This document shows positions 47,004-59,161 of a stretch of 64,000 bases of DNA, one piece after another. Numbering within the stretch: position 1 is the stretch's first letter; every line of letters starts with the position of its first letter. Below the pieces are notes generated by a model that saw only the letters and a program-made list of their open reading frames with translations, was not told where the DNA came from and ran no database searches. The translations under genes and the position numbers were made by a program. Source of the DNA: Coprothermobacterota bacterium (GTDB lineage Bacteria; Coprothermobacterota; Coprothermobacteria; Coprothermobacterales; Coprothermobacteraceae); the NCBI GenBank assembly GCA_036679065.1, contig JAZIGN010000003.1, positions 609,853-673,852 on the forward strand, written 5' to 3'.

Positions 47004-48349
47004 TGCCTAATTTGTTTGGAACGGACGGGATTCGCGGTCGCTCCAATAAGGAGATGACCCCCGAGCTGGCTTACAAGTTGGGGAAAGCCATTGCGATTTT
47101 ACTAAGGGAAGGATCGATAAAGAGAAGCAGGCCACTGGTTGGAGTGGCACAAGATACGAGAACATCTAGCAACATGCTTTTTACTGCTTTAAGCTCCGGG
47201 TTAATGTCATACGGGGCAGATGTGCTTTATTTTGGTGTACTGCCCACACCTGGTTTGTCCATGTTAACGCGCCGATTCGGAGCTGACGCCTCCGTCATGG
47301 TCTCAGCGTCTCATAATCCCATGGAAGACAATGGGCTTAAGGTACTAAACAGTGTGGGGTTGAAAATGCAGGAGGCGGAAGAGGAATTACTGGAACAGCT
47401 CATGGAAAGCGACCACAAGCCCGTATCCTGGGACCACATTGGCCAACTTCATTATGTCTCAAATAGCACCCAGCTTTATGGAGACGAAATTCTGGAAAAA
47501 ACGCATCTGATGTTGGATCAAGTACCTTTGGTAGTGGACGTGGCTCATGGTGCTACGTACGCAGCTGCCCCCTATGTTTTACAAAAAGCTGGAGCACGGG
47601 TTCATACGCTCTTTGCAACGCCTGATGGCTACTGGATTAACCACGGTTGTGGTGCTACAAATTTGGAGCCCCTTAAGGAAGTTGTAAAAACCATGGGTGT
47701 GCCTCTCGGTTTTGCTTTTGACGGCGACGGTGATAGGGTCATGGCTGTAACCAGCAGTGGCCGAGTCCTTGATGGTGATGATCTCATGGCGATCATTGTT
47801 AAATACCTTTCCCAAAGACGGCTTTGGGATCCAAAGCTGGTTGTTGGTACGCTCATGACAAACAGCGGTTTTGAGGAATTCCTCAAGAAGATGGGCGGAG
47901 AGCTTGTCAGAACCAATGTGGGAGACAAATACGTTTCCGACTCCATGCGTGAGAATGGTGCTATGTTGGGTGGTGAACCTTCTGGTCATGTCATTTACAC
48001 CCCTGTTAATCTAACTGGAGACGGAATTGGCATAATGGCAACGGTTTTGAGTATTTTGAATCAAACGGGCCAGTCACCTGAGGAACTGCTAAAAGACGTG
48101 AACAAGAAAACACAAAAAACTGTTAACGTGCCCTTGGGAAAGCGAATCAATGGTTCCAGCTTCGACATTGCACAGCTGCCTGAACTACGGCAGTTGGTCG
48201 AAGACTACAGTCAACAAGGCATGAGGATTGTGCTTCGGCCTTCAGGCACTGAACCACTTCTAAGAATTACCATTGAAGGTGAAGAGGAGCAAGTATCACA
48301 AGCTCTGGAAGCCATTGTGCCACTTGTGGAACGTATTTTCAAAGGGTGA
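47003..48349 (+). CDS. glmM: Phosphoglucosamine mutase
   Basis: LFGTDGIRG, SASHNP, DGDGDR, GGEPSGH, RPSGTEP. Confidence 0.93.
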   Translation: MPNLFGTDGIRGRSNKEMTPELAYKLGKAIAILLREGSIKRSRPLVGVAQDTRTSSNMLFTALSSGLMSYGADVLYFGVLPTPGLSMLTRRFGADASVMVSASHNPMEDNGLKVLNSVGLKMQEAEEELLEQLMESDHKPVSWDHIGQLHYVSNSTQLYGDEILEKTHLMLDQVPLVVDVAHGATYAAAPYVLQKAGARVHTLFATPDGYWINHGCGATNLEPLKEVVKTMGVPLGFAFDGDGDRVMAVTSSGRVLDGDDLMAIIVKYLSQRRLWDPKLVVGTLMTNSGFEEFLKKMGGELVRTNVGDKYVSDSMRENGAMLGGEPSGHVIYTPVNLTGDGIGIMATVLSILNQTGQSPEELLKDVNKKTQKTVNVPLGKRINGSSFDIAQLPELRQLVEDYSQQGMRIVLRPSGTEPLLRITIEGEEEQVSQALEAIVPLVERIFKG

Positions 48350-48356
48350 TTAGAAT

Positions 48357-50177
48357 ATGTGCGGCATAGTGGGTTACGTGGGGCAAAAGAACGCCTATGA
48401 CGTAGTCATCGAATCACTGAAGAAGCTGGAATACCGAGGTTATGACAGCAGTGGTGTGGCGCTAAAAACTGATAAAGGCATTTTCATTGCAAAGAAAAAA
48501 GGACGCATATCGGAGTTAGAGAAGGATTTTCCTTCTGTTCCCGGTTCTAACATGGGCATAGCGCACACTCGATGGGCAACCCATGGTGCACCAAAAGACG
48601 AGAATGCTCACCCACATACCGATTGTACTGGGACCATTGCCGTGGTGCACAATGGCATTATCGAGAACTACAGAGAACTCAAAGCCTACTTAGCTGAAAG
48701 GGGACACAAGTTTACTTCTGAAACTGACACGGAAGTAGTGGCTCACCTGCTGGAGGAGTTTTACCAGGGTGATCTGTTTACTACGTTGCTAAAGATTTTA
48801 CCGCTACTAAAAGGTGCTTTTGCTCTGGCCATCATCAGTCAAAAAGAAGACAGGATTTTAGCTGTTAGGCAGGATTCTCCACTGGTGCTGGGTTTGGGTC
48901 GTGGGGAGAACTTTTTAGCTTCTGACATACCGGCTTTGCTATCGCATACTCGTGAGTTTGTAATAATGGAAAATGGACAAATTGCAGACATTCGTGCGGA
49001 GCATGTGGAGCTTTATGACTTTGAAGGCAATGCCATTCCAATCAAGATAACCAAGGTGGACTGGGACGAGAAGCAGGCAGAAAAAGGTGGCTATGACCAC
49101 TTCATGATAAAAGAAATCATGGAACAAGATGAAGCCATAAGGAGCACCTTGTTAGGGCGTGTGGATCGCGGGAGAGTCAGGCTTGATGAACTAGAGACGC
49201 TTCAAGAAGAACTCAAGAACGCGGAGCGCATCTACATCACAGCTTGTGGGACTGCCTATCACGCAGGTATGGTAGGTGCCTATTTGCTTAGGCACGTGGC
49301 TGGTTTGGATGTGGAGATTGAAGTGGCAAGCGAATTCAGGTACGCAAAACACCATTGGCGTGAAAACTCCGTGGGGTTGGTTATCAGTCAGTCAGGTGAG
49401 ACAGCTGATACTCTTCAGGCTTTGAGAATGATGAAAGCAGATGGCATTCCTGTCATAGCCGTGGTAAATGTGGTTGGTAGCTCCGTTTACAGGGAAGCAG
49501 ATGCATCGCTCTTAACACAAGCTGGACCAGAAATTGCTGTGGCTTCCACAAAGGCTTACAGTACGCAGCTGGTAGTTCTTTATTTGTTTGCCCTGTACAT
49601 GGCGAAGCTCAAAGGGCTACTGACACAGGAGGAAGAACAAAGTATTTTAGAAGACCTTTGGAGTATACCAGAAAAGGTTAAGCAAGTACTCAGCAACGCT
49701 GAAAGCGTAAGAAGAATTGCACAGGACACCTATAAAGCTAACGACATCTTCTTCATTGGAAGGCAGCTGGACTACATGCTTGCCCTGGAGGGGTCATTGA
49801 AGCTGAAAGAAATCTCTTACATACACAGCGAAGCATTTCCTGCAGGTGAGTTAAAACATGGGCCGTTGGCATTGGTTACAGCTGACACCCCAACATTGGC
49901 AATTTTGATGCAGGAAGATGTACTTGAAAAGACGCTTAGTAATGTGTCCGAAGTAAAAGCTCGGCAAGGGGATGTTTTCGTGCTCGGTTTCGAGCGGGAC
50001 AGGAAAAGGCTCGAAGACATTGGTCGATGGTCGTTTTTCGTTCCTGATACATTGCCCTTGCTTGCACCACTTGTTGGCATTCCTGTGCTTCAGTTGTTTG
50101 CTTACTACAATGCCGTCCTAAGGGGCACTGATGTGGACAAACCAAGAAACTTAGCAAAGTCTGTAACAGTTGAGTAG
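48357..50177 (+). CDS. glmS: Glutamine-fructose-6-phosphate aminotransferase
   Basis: MCGIVG, HTRWATHG, SQSGETADT, ELKHGP, PRNLAKSVTVE. Confidence 0.97.
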   Translation: MCGIVGYVGQKNAYDVVIESLKKLEYRGYDSSGVALKTDKGIFIAKKKGRISELEKDFPSVPGSNMGIAHTRWATHGAPKDENAHPHTDCTGTIAVVHNGIIENYRELKAYLAERGHKFTSETDTEVVAHLLEEFYQGDLFTTLLKILPLLKGAFALAIISQKEDRILAVRQDSPLVLGLGRGENFLASDIPALLSHTREFVIMENGQIADIRAEHVELYDFEGNAIPIKITKVDWDEKQAEKGGYDHFMIKEIMEQDEAIRSTLLGRVDRGRVRLDELETLQEELKNAERIYITACGTAYHAGMVGAYLLRHVAGLDVEIEVASEFRYAKHHWRENSVGLVISQSGETADTLQALRMMKADGIPVIAVVNVVGSSVYREADASLLTQAGPEIAVASTKAYSTQLVVLYLFALYMAKLKGLLTQEEEQSILEDLWSIPEKVKQVLSNAESVRRIAQDTYKANDIFFIGRQLDYMLALEGSLKLKEISYIHSEAFPAGELKHGPLALVTADTPTLAILMQEDVLEKTLSNVSEVKARQGDVFVLGFERDRKRLEDIGRWSFFVPDTLPLLAPLVGIPVLQLFAYYNAVLRGTDVDKPRNLAKSVTVE

Positions 50178-50407
50178 CAGTGTGATTGTTCTTTCTTGTG
50201 CGAGGATGGTTCATACGTATTATGCAGGAGAATAATAGAAGAATTAAAAATGCGAAAACAAGAACGCACATAACAGACAACATCACGTATTTTTTTGTAC
50301 GCGCGTGTGTGGGCCTTTCCACATATACATATATGTGTATGATATGTGTGCGAAGATCGATTTTTTTTGTGCAAATGGTCAACAATATATAATAGGAGGC
50401 GAGCAAA

Positions 50408-52330
50408 ATGGGACTTTATTACGTTACCACACCTATTTACTATGTGAATGCTGAACCTCATGCAGGGAGTGCCTATACCACAGTCTATGCCGATGCCTTG
50501 GCTCGGTATCACAGGCTCATAGGTGATCGTACGTTTTTTCTTACGGGCACCGATGAGCACGGTCAAAACATTCTCAAGGTTGCCAATGAAAAAGGTATAA
50601 ACCCACAAGAATTCGTGGATCAAATGGCACAGAAATTCAAAGATGCTTGGAGATTCATGCGCATCTCCAACGACGATTTTATACGTACCACGGAGCCACG
50701 TCATGAAAAAGTAGTCCAACGAGTCATTGAAATCATGTACGAAAAAGGAGACATTTACTTAGGCACTTACCAGGGTTGGTACTGTCCCAAATGTGAGACG
50801 TATTACGGCGAGAATGAATTAGAAAATGGAAATTGTCCCATCCACAAAACACCTGTGGAATTCGTATCTGAAGAGTCGTACTTCTTTAAGTGGAGCAAGT
50901 ACCAAGACCCGTTGCTGGAGCTTTATAGAACTAACCCAGATTTTGTGGTTCCTGCCACCAGATTGAATGAGATCAAATCCTTTGTGGAAAGGGGACTAAA
51001 GGACATATCCGTTAGCAGAACCAGTGTGCCCTGGGGTATTCCTGTGCCTTTTGACACGAAGCACACGGTCTATGTTTGGTACGATGCTCTTATCAACTAC
51101 ATTTCTGCTCTGGGATACACTGACTCAGGCGAGAAGATGGAGTTTTGGCCCGGTGTACATCTCATTGGTAAAGACATTCTTAGGCATCACGCAGCATTGT
51201 GGCCTGCCATGCTCATGAGCCTGGAACTGCGAGTTCCAAAGCGCGTAGTTGCCCATGGTTGGTGGTTGGTTTCTGGGCAAAAGATGTCAAAAAGCGTTGG
51301 TAACATATTCAGTCCACAGGACTTAGTTTCCCACATAGAAAACTCTGTGGGCTTGACTGAGGATATTGCGGTAGATGCTCTCCGCTACTTCATGTTAGCT
51401 GCAGGACCTCAAAGAGATGACGCTGACCTTTCTCTGGAAGCTCTTTGGGGGACCTACAATGCAGATTTGGCAAACGACTACGGTAATCTACTTCACCGTG
51501 TACTGGGCTTCATGAAGAAAAAAGGTATTGATACGGCGCCAAAGGTTACGGGGCAGCGTTACAGTCGAGTAGCAGCCGTGGTAGAGGAGCAGCTTCAAAA
51601 GTACCATGCTGCTTACGAAAAGGAAGACGTCCAAGGTGCGTTAAGCAGTGCCCTGGACCTTATTAAGTTCCTCAACGATTTTCAGGACAAAGAAAAACCA
51701 TGGACCCTTAGTGGAGATGATTTAGCGGAGTTTCTGTACAGTGAACTGGAGGCTTATCGTGTTGCTACCACCATGCTCAGTCCAGCTATGCCTTCCGCTG
51801 CCCAGCGAGTGGCAGCTACCTTGCAAGCGCAACTTTCTCTAACCTTTGGTGAAGTCAGCGGTTTTAACCCAGACCTAACGCAGCCGCCGCTGTTTCCCAG
51901 ATTCAAGGAGGATAAGGATAAGGATAAGCAAGGCGATAAGGGCGGCGCAAACAATGAACAAACCAAAGAAAGTGCGTCCCCTGAAGTAGAAGAAGGCAAA
52001 CCAGTGGTGGACTATGACACATTCAGTAAGCTGGACCTGCGCATCGGCTTGGTGGAAGCTGCAGAGCGGGTACCTAAGAGCGATAAACTCATAAAGCTTT
52101 CGGTGGATTTAGGTTCTTTAGGAAAACGCACCATTGTGGCTGGCATAGGTCTCAAGTACGAACCTGAGGACTTGGTGGGAAAACGGATTGTGGTTGTGGC
52201 AAATCTTCAGCCAAGGAAGCTTATGGGTGTTTTGTCCCACGGTATGCTTCTGGCAGCCACAGGAGAAGATGGGTTACCCAACCTGCTCAGCGTGGATGGG
52301 CAGCCTGAACCCGGGACTAAGATAAAATAG
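50408..52330 (+). CDS. metG: Methionyl-tRNA synthetase with C-terminal tRNA-binding domain
   Basis: YVTTPIYYVN, GTDEHG, KMSKS, C-terminal OB fold. Confidence 0.95.
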   Translation: MGLYYVTTPIYYVNAEPHAGSAYTTVYADALARYHRLIGDRTFFLTGTDEHGQNILKVANEKGINPQEFVDQMAQKFKDAWRFMRISNDDFIRTTEPRHEKVVQRVIEIMYEKGDIYLGTYQGWYCPKCETYYGENELENGNCPIHKTPVEFVSEESYFFKWSKYQDPLLELYRTNPDFVVPATRLNEIKSFVERGLKDISVSRTSVPWGIPVPFDTKHTVYVWYDALINYISALGYTDSGEKMEFWPGVHLIGKDILRHHAALWPAMLMSLELRVPKRVVAHGWWLVSGQKMSKSVGNIFSPQDLVSHIENSVGLTEDIAVDALRYFMLAAGPQRDDADLSLEALWGTYNADLANDYGNLLHRVLGFMKKKGIDTAPKVTGQRYSRVAAVVEEQLQKYHAAYEKEDVQGALSSALDLIKFLNDFQDKEKPWTLSGDDLAEFLYSELEAYRVATTMLSPAMPSAAQRVAATLQAQLSLTFGEVSGFNPDLTQPPLFPRFKEDKDKDKQGDKGGANNEQTKESASPEVEEGKPVVDYDTFSKLDLRIGLVEAAERVPKSDKLIKLSVDLGSLGKRTIVAGIGLKYEPEDLVGKRIVVVANLQPRKLMGVLSHGMLLAATGEDGLPNLLSVDGQPEPGTKIK

Positions 52331-53131
52331 ATGAGCGATAATAATATGTCAGACCAACACTCATGCAGCCATTACATTGACTCACATGCCCATTTGCAGG
52401 ATCCAGCCTACGACGACGATAGGGAGGATGTGCTTGAAAAGGTCAGAGGAGAACTCTTAAGTTTCGCATGGGTGGGTTATGATATTGAATCTTCGCAGAA
52501 AGCCCTTCAGCTAAGGCACCCACAGGAACCGGTAGCGGTCGGGGTTCATCCCCATAACGCTACTGGTTCCCTGGATGTTCTTAAGCAATATGAGAATATG
52601 TACCAACAAGCAAGCGCCGTTGGTGAGATCGGACTCGACACGGTTAGATCTGAAACTGCGCTTGAAGATCAACTGGTGTGGTTTCGTCGGCAAGTTGAAA
52701 TAGCTCTTTACTTTGGTAAGCCCATAGTTATTCATGAAAGAGAAGCATTTCCTTATGTTATGGAGGTTTTGAACAAATACGGTTCCATACCTGTGCCCGT
52801 AGTGCTCCATTGTTTCTCGCATGGCCCCAATGAAGCTTTAGAGGCTCTAAAAAAAGACTTCTTTATTTCTTTCGCAGGCAATATAACTTACCCTAAAGCA
52901 GACCCCCTTCGCTCGGCTCTAAAGATGGTGCCTTTGGATCACCTCCTTTTAGAAACTGACAGTCCTTATCTGCCGCCGCAAGTTATCAGGGGTAAACGCA
53001 ACGATCCCACTTACGTGAAGGAAGTCTACAAAAAGGCGGTTGAAGTTACTGACATGCCCATGGATGAGCTTTGCCAAGTTATATGCAGAAACTTCGCTCA
53101 CGTTTTTGGTATTTCCTTGACTTTTTCTTAA
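52331..53131 (+). CDS. tatD: TatD family DNase
   Basis: DSHAH, GVHPH, GEIGLD, HCFS, LETDSPYL. Confidence 0.9.
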   Translation: MSDNNMSDQHSCSHYIDSHAHLQDPAYDDDREDVLEKVRGELLSFAWVGYDIESSQKALQLRHPQEPVAVGVHPHNATGSLDVLKQYENMYQQASAVGEIGLDTVRSETALEDQLVWFRRQVEIALYFGKPIVIHEREAFPYVMEVLNKYGSIPVPVVLHCFSHGPNEALEALKKDFFISFAGNITYPKADPLRSALKMVPLDHLLLETDSPYLPPQVIRGKRNDPTYVKEVYKKAVEVTDMPMDELCQVICRNFAHVFGISLTFS

Positions 53132-53135
53132 ACGG

Positions 53136-53164
53136 TTGAGTAAAGGCATTGTTAATGTTATATT
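53136..53164 (+). promoter_or_regulatory. Promoter of the oxidoreductase-eno operon
   Basis: TTGAGT, 17 bp spacer, TG-n-TATATT. Confidence 0.6.
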
Positions 53165-53229
53165 AAATGTGAGAAGATTACCATAATGGCATTCGCTACC
53201 GTGCGGTGGCGAATGAGGAGGTGACTTTT

Positions 53230-53442
53230 TTGGCGAATTTTTCTGTGTTTGTGGATACCAGGTTGTGTAAATCCTGTGGGCTGTGTGTCATGGTGTGCCC
53301 AAAAAAGGTATTCGAGCTAAGAGCCCCCGATGGGAAGAGTGTCCCCGTCAGAGAAGAGGATTGCATCGGGTGCACCCAGTGTTTTAACATTTGTCCTGAT
53401 TTTGCAATAACGGTCTTCAAGAAAGAAGGTGTTCAGGCTTGA
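53230..53442 (+). CDS. 2x[4Fe-4S] ferredoxin, delta subunit of 2-oxoacid:ferredoxin oxidoreductase
   Basis: CKSCGLCVMVCP and CIGCTQCFNICP; TTG start after GAGGAGGTG. Confidence 0.88.
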   Translation: MANFSVFVDTRLCKSCGLCVMVCPKKVFELRAPDGKSVPVREEDCIGCTQCFNICPDFAITVFKKEGVQA

Positions 53443-54563
53443 GCAGAATAGTCATGGGCGACGTGGCGTGCGCCATGGGTGCCATTGATGCAGGGCTTAA
53501 ATTCTATGCAGGATACCCCATTACACCATCTTCTGAAATAGCAGAAACACTTTCGGAGCTGTTGCCCAAACACCAGGGGATCTATTTGCAGATGGAAGAT
53601 GAAATAGGCAGTATTATGGCAGTAATCGGCGCTTCCTATGCTGGCTATCCTGCTATGACTGCTACCAGCGGGCCGGGGTTTTCTCTCATGCAGGAAGCCA
53701 TCGGGTACGCTGCCATGGCTGAGATTCCCATAACCATTGTTAATGTCATGCGTGCTGGTCCTTCCACGGGTTTGGCTACCCAAATTGGTGAAGGAGATCT
53801 AATGCAAGCTATTTGGGGAACTCATGGGGACCATCCCGTGGTAGTGTTTTCTCCAGGTAATGTTCGGGAGTTTTACATTTACACGCAAAAAGCGCTGTAC
53901 TGGGCTGAGAAACTTCGCATGCCAGCTATTGTTTTGGCTGATGAAGTAGTAGGTCACATGAGAGAGAACGTGGAATTTCCAGAGCCCATAAAGATTCCAG
54001 CGAGAACAGTACCTGAGGTATCTCCTGAAAAGTATTTGCCCTACGCTACCGTAAACGGAGACGCTGTGCCATTGCCGCCTTTGGGACAGGGTTATTTGTG
54101 GCACGTCACTGGCTCAGCTCATGGGGAAGATGGTTTTCCCACTATTAAGCCAGACAAAGTAAAAGCATTACTGGACAGGTTAAATACCAAGGTTGAAAGA
54201 CATCGCAAGGAGCTTATCGAATATGAAACATATGAGCTTGATGGCGCAGAAACACTGGTAATCAGTTTTGCTTCCATGGGTAGAGTGGCAAAAGGTGTCG
54301 TAGTGGAGCTTCGTAGCCAAGGGTACAAAGTTGGGTTAATTCGTCCCTTTACCATGTGGCCCTTTTTTAAGGAGGAGCTCAGGGACATTGTTAACCATGT
54401 CAAACCGAAGAAAATCGTCATACCGGAGATAAATTACGGCCAGCTCAGGCTTTTGGTGGAGTGGGCATTGAAAGGTTTTGATGTCCCTGTTTTGGGTGTG
54501 AACGTGGTAAATGGCGATCTTATCCCGCCTGAGCTAATCGAGGAGGCGATTCTCCATGGATAA
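53439..54563 (+). CDS. korA: 2-oxoacid:ferredoxin oxidoreductase alpha subunit
   Basis: GYPITPSSE, QMEDE, ATSGPGFSLM, RAGPSTG. Confidence 0.88.
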   Translation: MSRIVMGDVACAMGAIDAGLKFYAGYPITPSSEIAETLSELLPKHQGIYLQMEDEIGSIMAVIGASYAGYPAMTATSGPGFSLMQEAIGYAAMAEIPITIVNVMRAGPSTGLATQIGEGDLMQAIWGTHGDHPVVVFSPGNVREFYIYTQKALYWAEKLRMPAIVLADEVVGHMRENVEFPEPIKIPARTVPEVSPEKYLPYATVNGDAVPLPPLGQGYLWHVTGSAHGEDGFPTIKPDKVKALLDRLNTKVERHRKELIEYETYELDGAETLVISFASMGRVAKGVVVELRSQGYKVGLIRPFTMWPFFKEELRDIVNHVKPKKIVIPEINYGQLRLLVEWALKGFDVPVLGVNVVNGDLIPPELIEEAILHG

Positions 54564-55404
54564 TCTCGGCAGCAACCATAATGCTGATAACGGAATAAAC
54601 TTGGTACCCATGTCTGAGGCTCCTGAGAAGTGGCTAAGAAAACAGTATTTGCCCCACATTTGGTGCCCCGGTTGCGGCATCGGAACCATTCTAAGGCAAG
54701 TCATTGAGCAGTTTACAAAACTGGGGTGGCGTAATGACGAAGTGGTCTTTGTAACTGGTATTGGTTGCACTGGCAGGGCTTCAGGCTATGTGAATGCACA
54801 AACACTGCATACCATACACGGCAGGGCATTACCCACCGCCACAGGTATAAAGATGGCTCGGCCTGACATGCACGTGGTTGCCATGTTGGGCGACGGAGAC
54901 GGTGTGGGCATTGGTGGAAACCACTTCATTCATGCGGCAAAGCGTAATATTGGTATAACTGCCATTGTGGTTAACAATCGCATTTACGGAATGACAGGTG
55001 GTCAAGTATCGCCTACCACACCCTCGGGAGCTAAATCGAGTACTACTCCTTATGGAAACGTGGAACCAGCCATGGACGTAAGCAAGTTAGCACTGGGAGC
55101 CGGAGCCACCTTTGTTGCCAGGGCGCATACAGCGAACCCTGTTTATTTGGGCCAACTTATCAGGAGGGCCTTGGAGCACGACGGATTTAGCGTGTTAGAG
55201 GTTCTTTCTCAATGCCCAACGTATTTTGGGCGTTTTAATGGTATGCCAGATGCTGTGCAGATGTTGGAATGGTTCAAGTCCAACACATTCATGGCAAAGA
55301 GCCCCTACGAAGAAAAGGAAGGAAAAATACCCGTCGGTGTATTCAGAGATGATAAAGAGACGCCGGAGCTGAGCAAAAGCTACCGACAACTTTGGGAGGA
55401 ATAA
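54556..55404 (+). CDS. korB: 2-oxoacid:ferredoxin oxidoreductase beta subunit
   Basis: WCPGCG, GIGC, HGRA, GDGD, YGMTGGQ. Confidence 0.88.
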   Translation: MDNLGSNHNADNGINLVPMSEAPEKWLRKQYLPHIWCPGCGIGTILRQVIEQFTKLGWRNDEVVFVTGIGCTGRASGYVNAQTLHTIHGRALPTATGIKMARPDMHVVAMLGDGDGVGIGGNHFIHAAKRNIGITAIVVNNRIYGMTGGQVSPTTPSGAKSSTTPYGNVEPAMDVSKLALGAGATFVARAHTANPVYLGQLIRRALEHDGFSVLEVLSQCPTYFGRFNGMPDAVQMLEWFKSNTFMAKSPYEEKEGKIPVGVFRDDKETPELSKSYRQLWEE

Positions 55405-55408
55405 TGCC

Positions 55409-57273
<1,865 letters not shown>

Positions 57274-57294
57274 GTTTGAGGTGAGTGATTTGCG

Positions 57295-58482
57295 ATGAAA
57301 GAATTCCTCGTAGCTTCTGCCAGCGAGATTCTCAGCGGAAGCGTCACAGATGCTTATTTTGAACGAACAGAAGAGATTCTCTCCAAAGCAGGTAAGAACC
57401 CAGAAGTTGTCATGGAGCTTCATGTAAAACAATTTCCTTCGCCAGATTACGGGTTTGGCGTGCTGGCAGGCACTTACGAGGTACTGAAGCTTCTAGAAGG
57501 TTTACCTGTAACCGTGGAAACCATGGAAGAAGGTAGTCTTTTCTTCCCGGGTGAACCGGTAATGAATATAAAAGGTCCTTACCTAAGTTTCGGAAAGCTG
57601 GAAACGGCAATTATTGGCTTTGTGGCTTTCATGTCAGGTGTTGCTACTAAGGCGGCGCGGTGTAGAGTGGCGGCTTGGGATAAGAAAATGCTCAGCTTTG
57701 GCACTCGGCGTATGCATCCTGTGGTGGCACCAGCCATTGAGTACAGCGCCTACATAGGTGGTATGGACGGTGTGAGTAATACGGCCGGTGCTCGTAGGTT
57801 GGGTATTCCAGCTGCAGGCACTATGCCTCACGCTTTGGTCTTGGCTCTGGGAGGAGACCCTGGGACTGCCTTTGAATACTACGACAAGTATTTGGATCCA
57901 TCAGTTCCCCGAATCATGCTGGTGGACACTAGTGGGGCACCCTTTAATGAAACCATGGAAGCTGTTAAAAGACTTGGACCTAAGCTCGAAGGCATACGTC
58001 TTGACACAAAGGATTTAGCCTATATTCTTTCCAGCATAAGATGGGAGCTGGATCGTATGGGTCTTCGCAATGTAAACTTCTGGATTAGTGGTGGCATTGA
58101 TGAGTACGAGATTCCCACTTATGCACCCCTGGTAGAGGGGTTTGGCGTGGGTACGAAAATCGTAAACGCGCCGGTGTTCGATTTTGCCCTCAAAATTGTG
58201 GAGGTTGATGGTGAACCCAAAGCCAAGTTTTCAAACACACCTGGTCATAAGAATGTTTGGCGTAGTGCGTGTCATGATGTGGTTTCACTATGGGATTCGC
58301 AGATAAGCGAAGGAAAGAAAATGCTCGAACCAGTATTGGATCATGGGGTACCAGTAAAGGAAGAAAAATCTTCTCAGGAAGTAAGAGCGTTTGTATTGTC
58401 TCAGCTTGAGCAGTTGCCTTTGGAAGTAAAAGAGATTAAGTCACCGTCAAAATGGGAAGTGATTTACAGCGCTAGGCCCTAG
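57295..58482 (+). CDS. pncB: Nicotinate phosphoribosyltransferase
   Basis: TDAYF, SFGTRR, GTMPHA, VDT, GIRLD, SGGIDE, FGVGT. Confidence 0.88.
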   Translation: MKEFLVASASEILSGSVTDAYFERTEEILSKAGKNPEVVMELHVKQFPSPDYGFGVLAGTYEVLKLLEGLPVTVETMEEGSLFFPGEPVMNIKGPYLSFGKLETAIIGFVAFMSGVATKAARCRVAAWDKKMLSFGTRRMHPVVAPAIEYSAYIGGMDGVSNTAGARRLGIPAAGTMPHALVLALGGDPGTAFEYYDKYLDPSVPRIMLVDTSGAPFNETMEAVKRLGPKLEGIRLDTKDLAYILSSIRWELDRMGLRNVNFWISGGIDEYEIPTYAPLVEGFGVGTKIVNAPVFDFALKIVEVDGEPKAKFSNTPGHKNVWRSACHDVVSLWDSQISEGKKMLEPVLDHGVPVKEEKSSQEVRAFVLSQLEQLPLEVKEIKSPSKWEVIYSARP

Positions 58483-58485
58483 GGC

Positions 58486-59142
58486 CTAGCGCTGTTGTCT
58501 TAAGAAATTATAAACGTCCTGCGTTTTGCCAGTGATGAGCAGTATATCAGAATCTTTAACTACGTAGTCACGGTTGCCCAAGATAAAGTCTTCAGTGCTC
58601 TTCACACCAATTACGAGGACTCCGTATTTACTGGGCACGTTTAAATCGCTGAGTTTTTTACCTATCCAACTGTTGGGCGGTTTAAGCTCTGCCATGACCA
58701 AATCCGTGTAAATCCCCATTACGTCGTAAATGTGTCCTTCCAGAAGTTGATAAGCGGCTCTCACACCGCTTTCGGCTGCAGGCATAATGATTTTTTCCAC
58801 GCCCAGTTTTCTTAGTAGCCTGGCTTGAAGCTCCGTGTTTGCTCGTGCTACAACCTTAATGCCTTCTTCCAATAGTTCCATGGACAGTAGAGCAGAAAGG
58901 TCAAGCTCAGAAATGGCTACCACTGCAAAATCCACGTTGCGTATGCCAAGGGACAATAGGTCGTCCTTAGTCAGTTTATAAAGATCTGCTTGTGCTGCAA
59001 CCGCTAAATAGGGCGATAGTTCTTTGATTACTGTTTCGTCTTTGTCTAAGCCAATAACCTCGTGTCCTAATTCTGCTGCAGTTTTTGCGAAGGCGCTACC
59101 GAATCTGCCTAATCCCAAGACTGCTACGCTTTTCTTTGCCAC
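58486..59142 (-). CDS. ktrA: KtrA/TrkA potassium uptake regulatory (RCK) subunit
   Basis: VLGLGRFG Rossmann motif plus an RCK_C domain. Confidence 0.88.
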   Translation of the reverse strand: MAKKSVAVLGLGRFGSAFAKTAAELGHEVIGLDKDETVIKELSPYLAVAAQADLYKLTKDDLLSLGIRNVDFAVVAISELDLSALLSMELLEEGIKVVARANTELQARLLRKLGVEKIIMPAAESGVRAAYQLLEGHIYDVMGIYTDLVMAELKPPNSWIGKKLSDLNVPSKYGVLVIGVKSTEDFILGNRDYVVKDSDILLITGKTQDVYNFLRQQR

Positions 59143-59161
59143 AGTATTACCTCCTTGTTTG

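Noticed and set aside
50105..50719. ORFs across the glmS-metG intergenic region (50105..50719 -, 49936..50406 -, 50186..50392 +)
   Set aside because: They overlap real genes or lack an RBS and have implausible composition. I also saw no T-box or SAM riboswitch signature upstream of metG.
51910..51940. GATAAG tandem repeats in metG
   Set aside because: In-frame low-complexity linker (DKDKDK) before the tRNA-binding domain; not a phase-variation or CRISPR signal.
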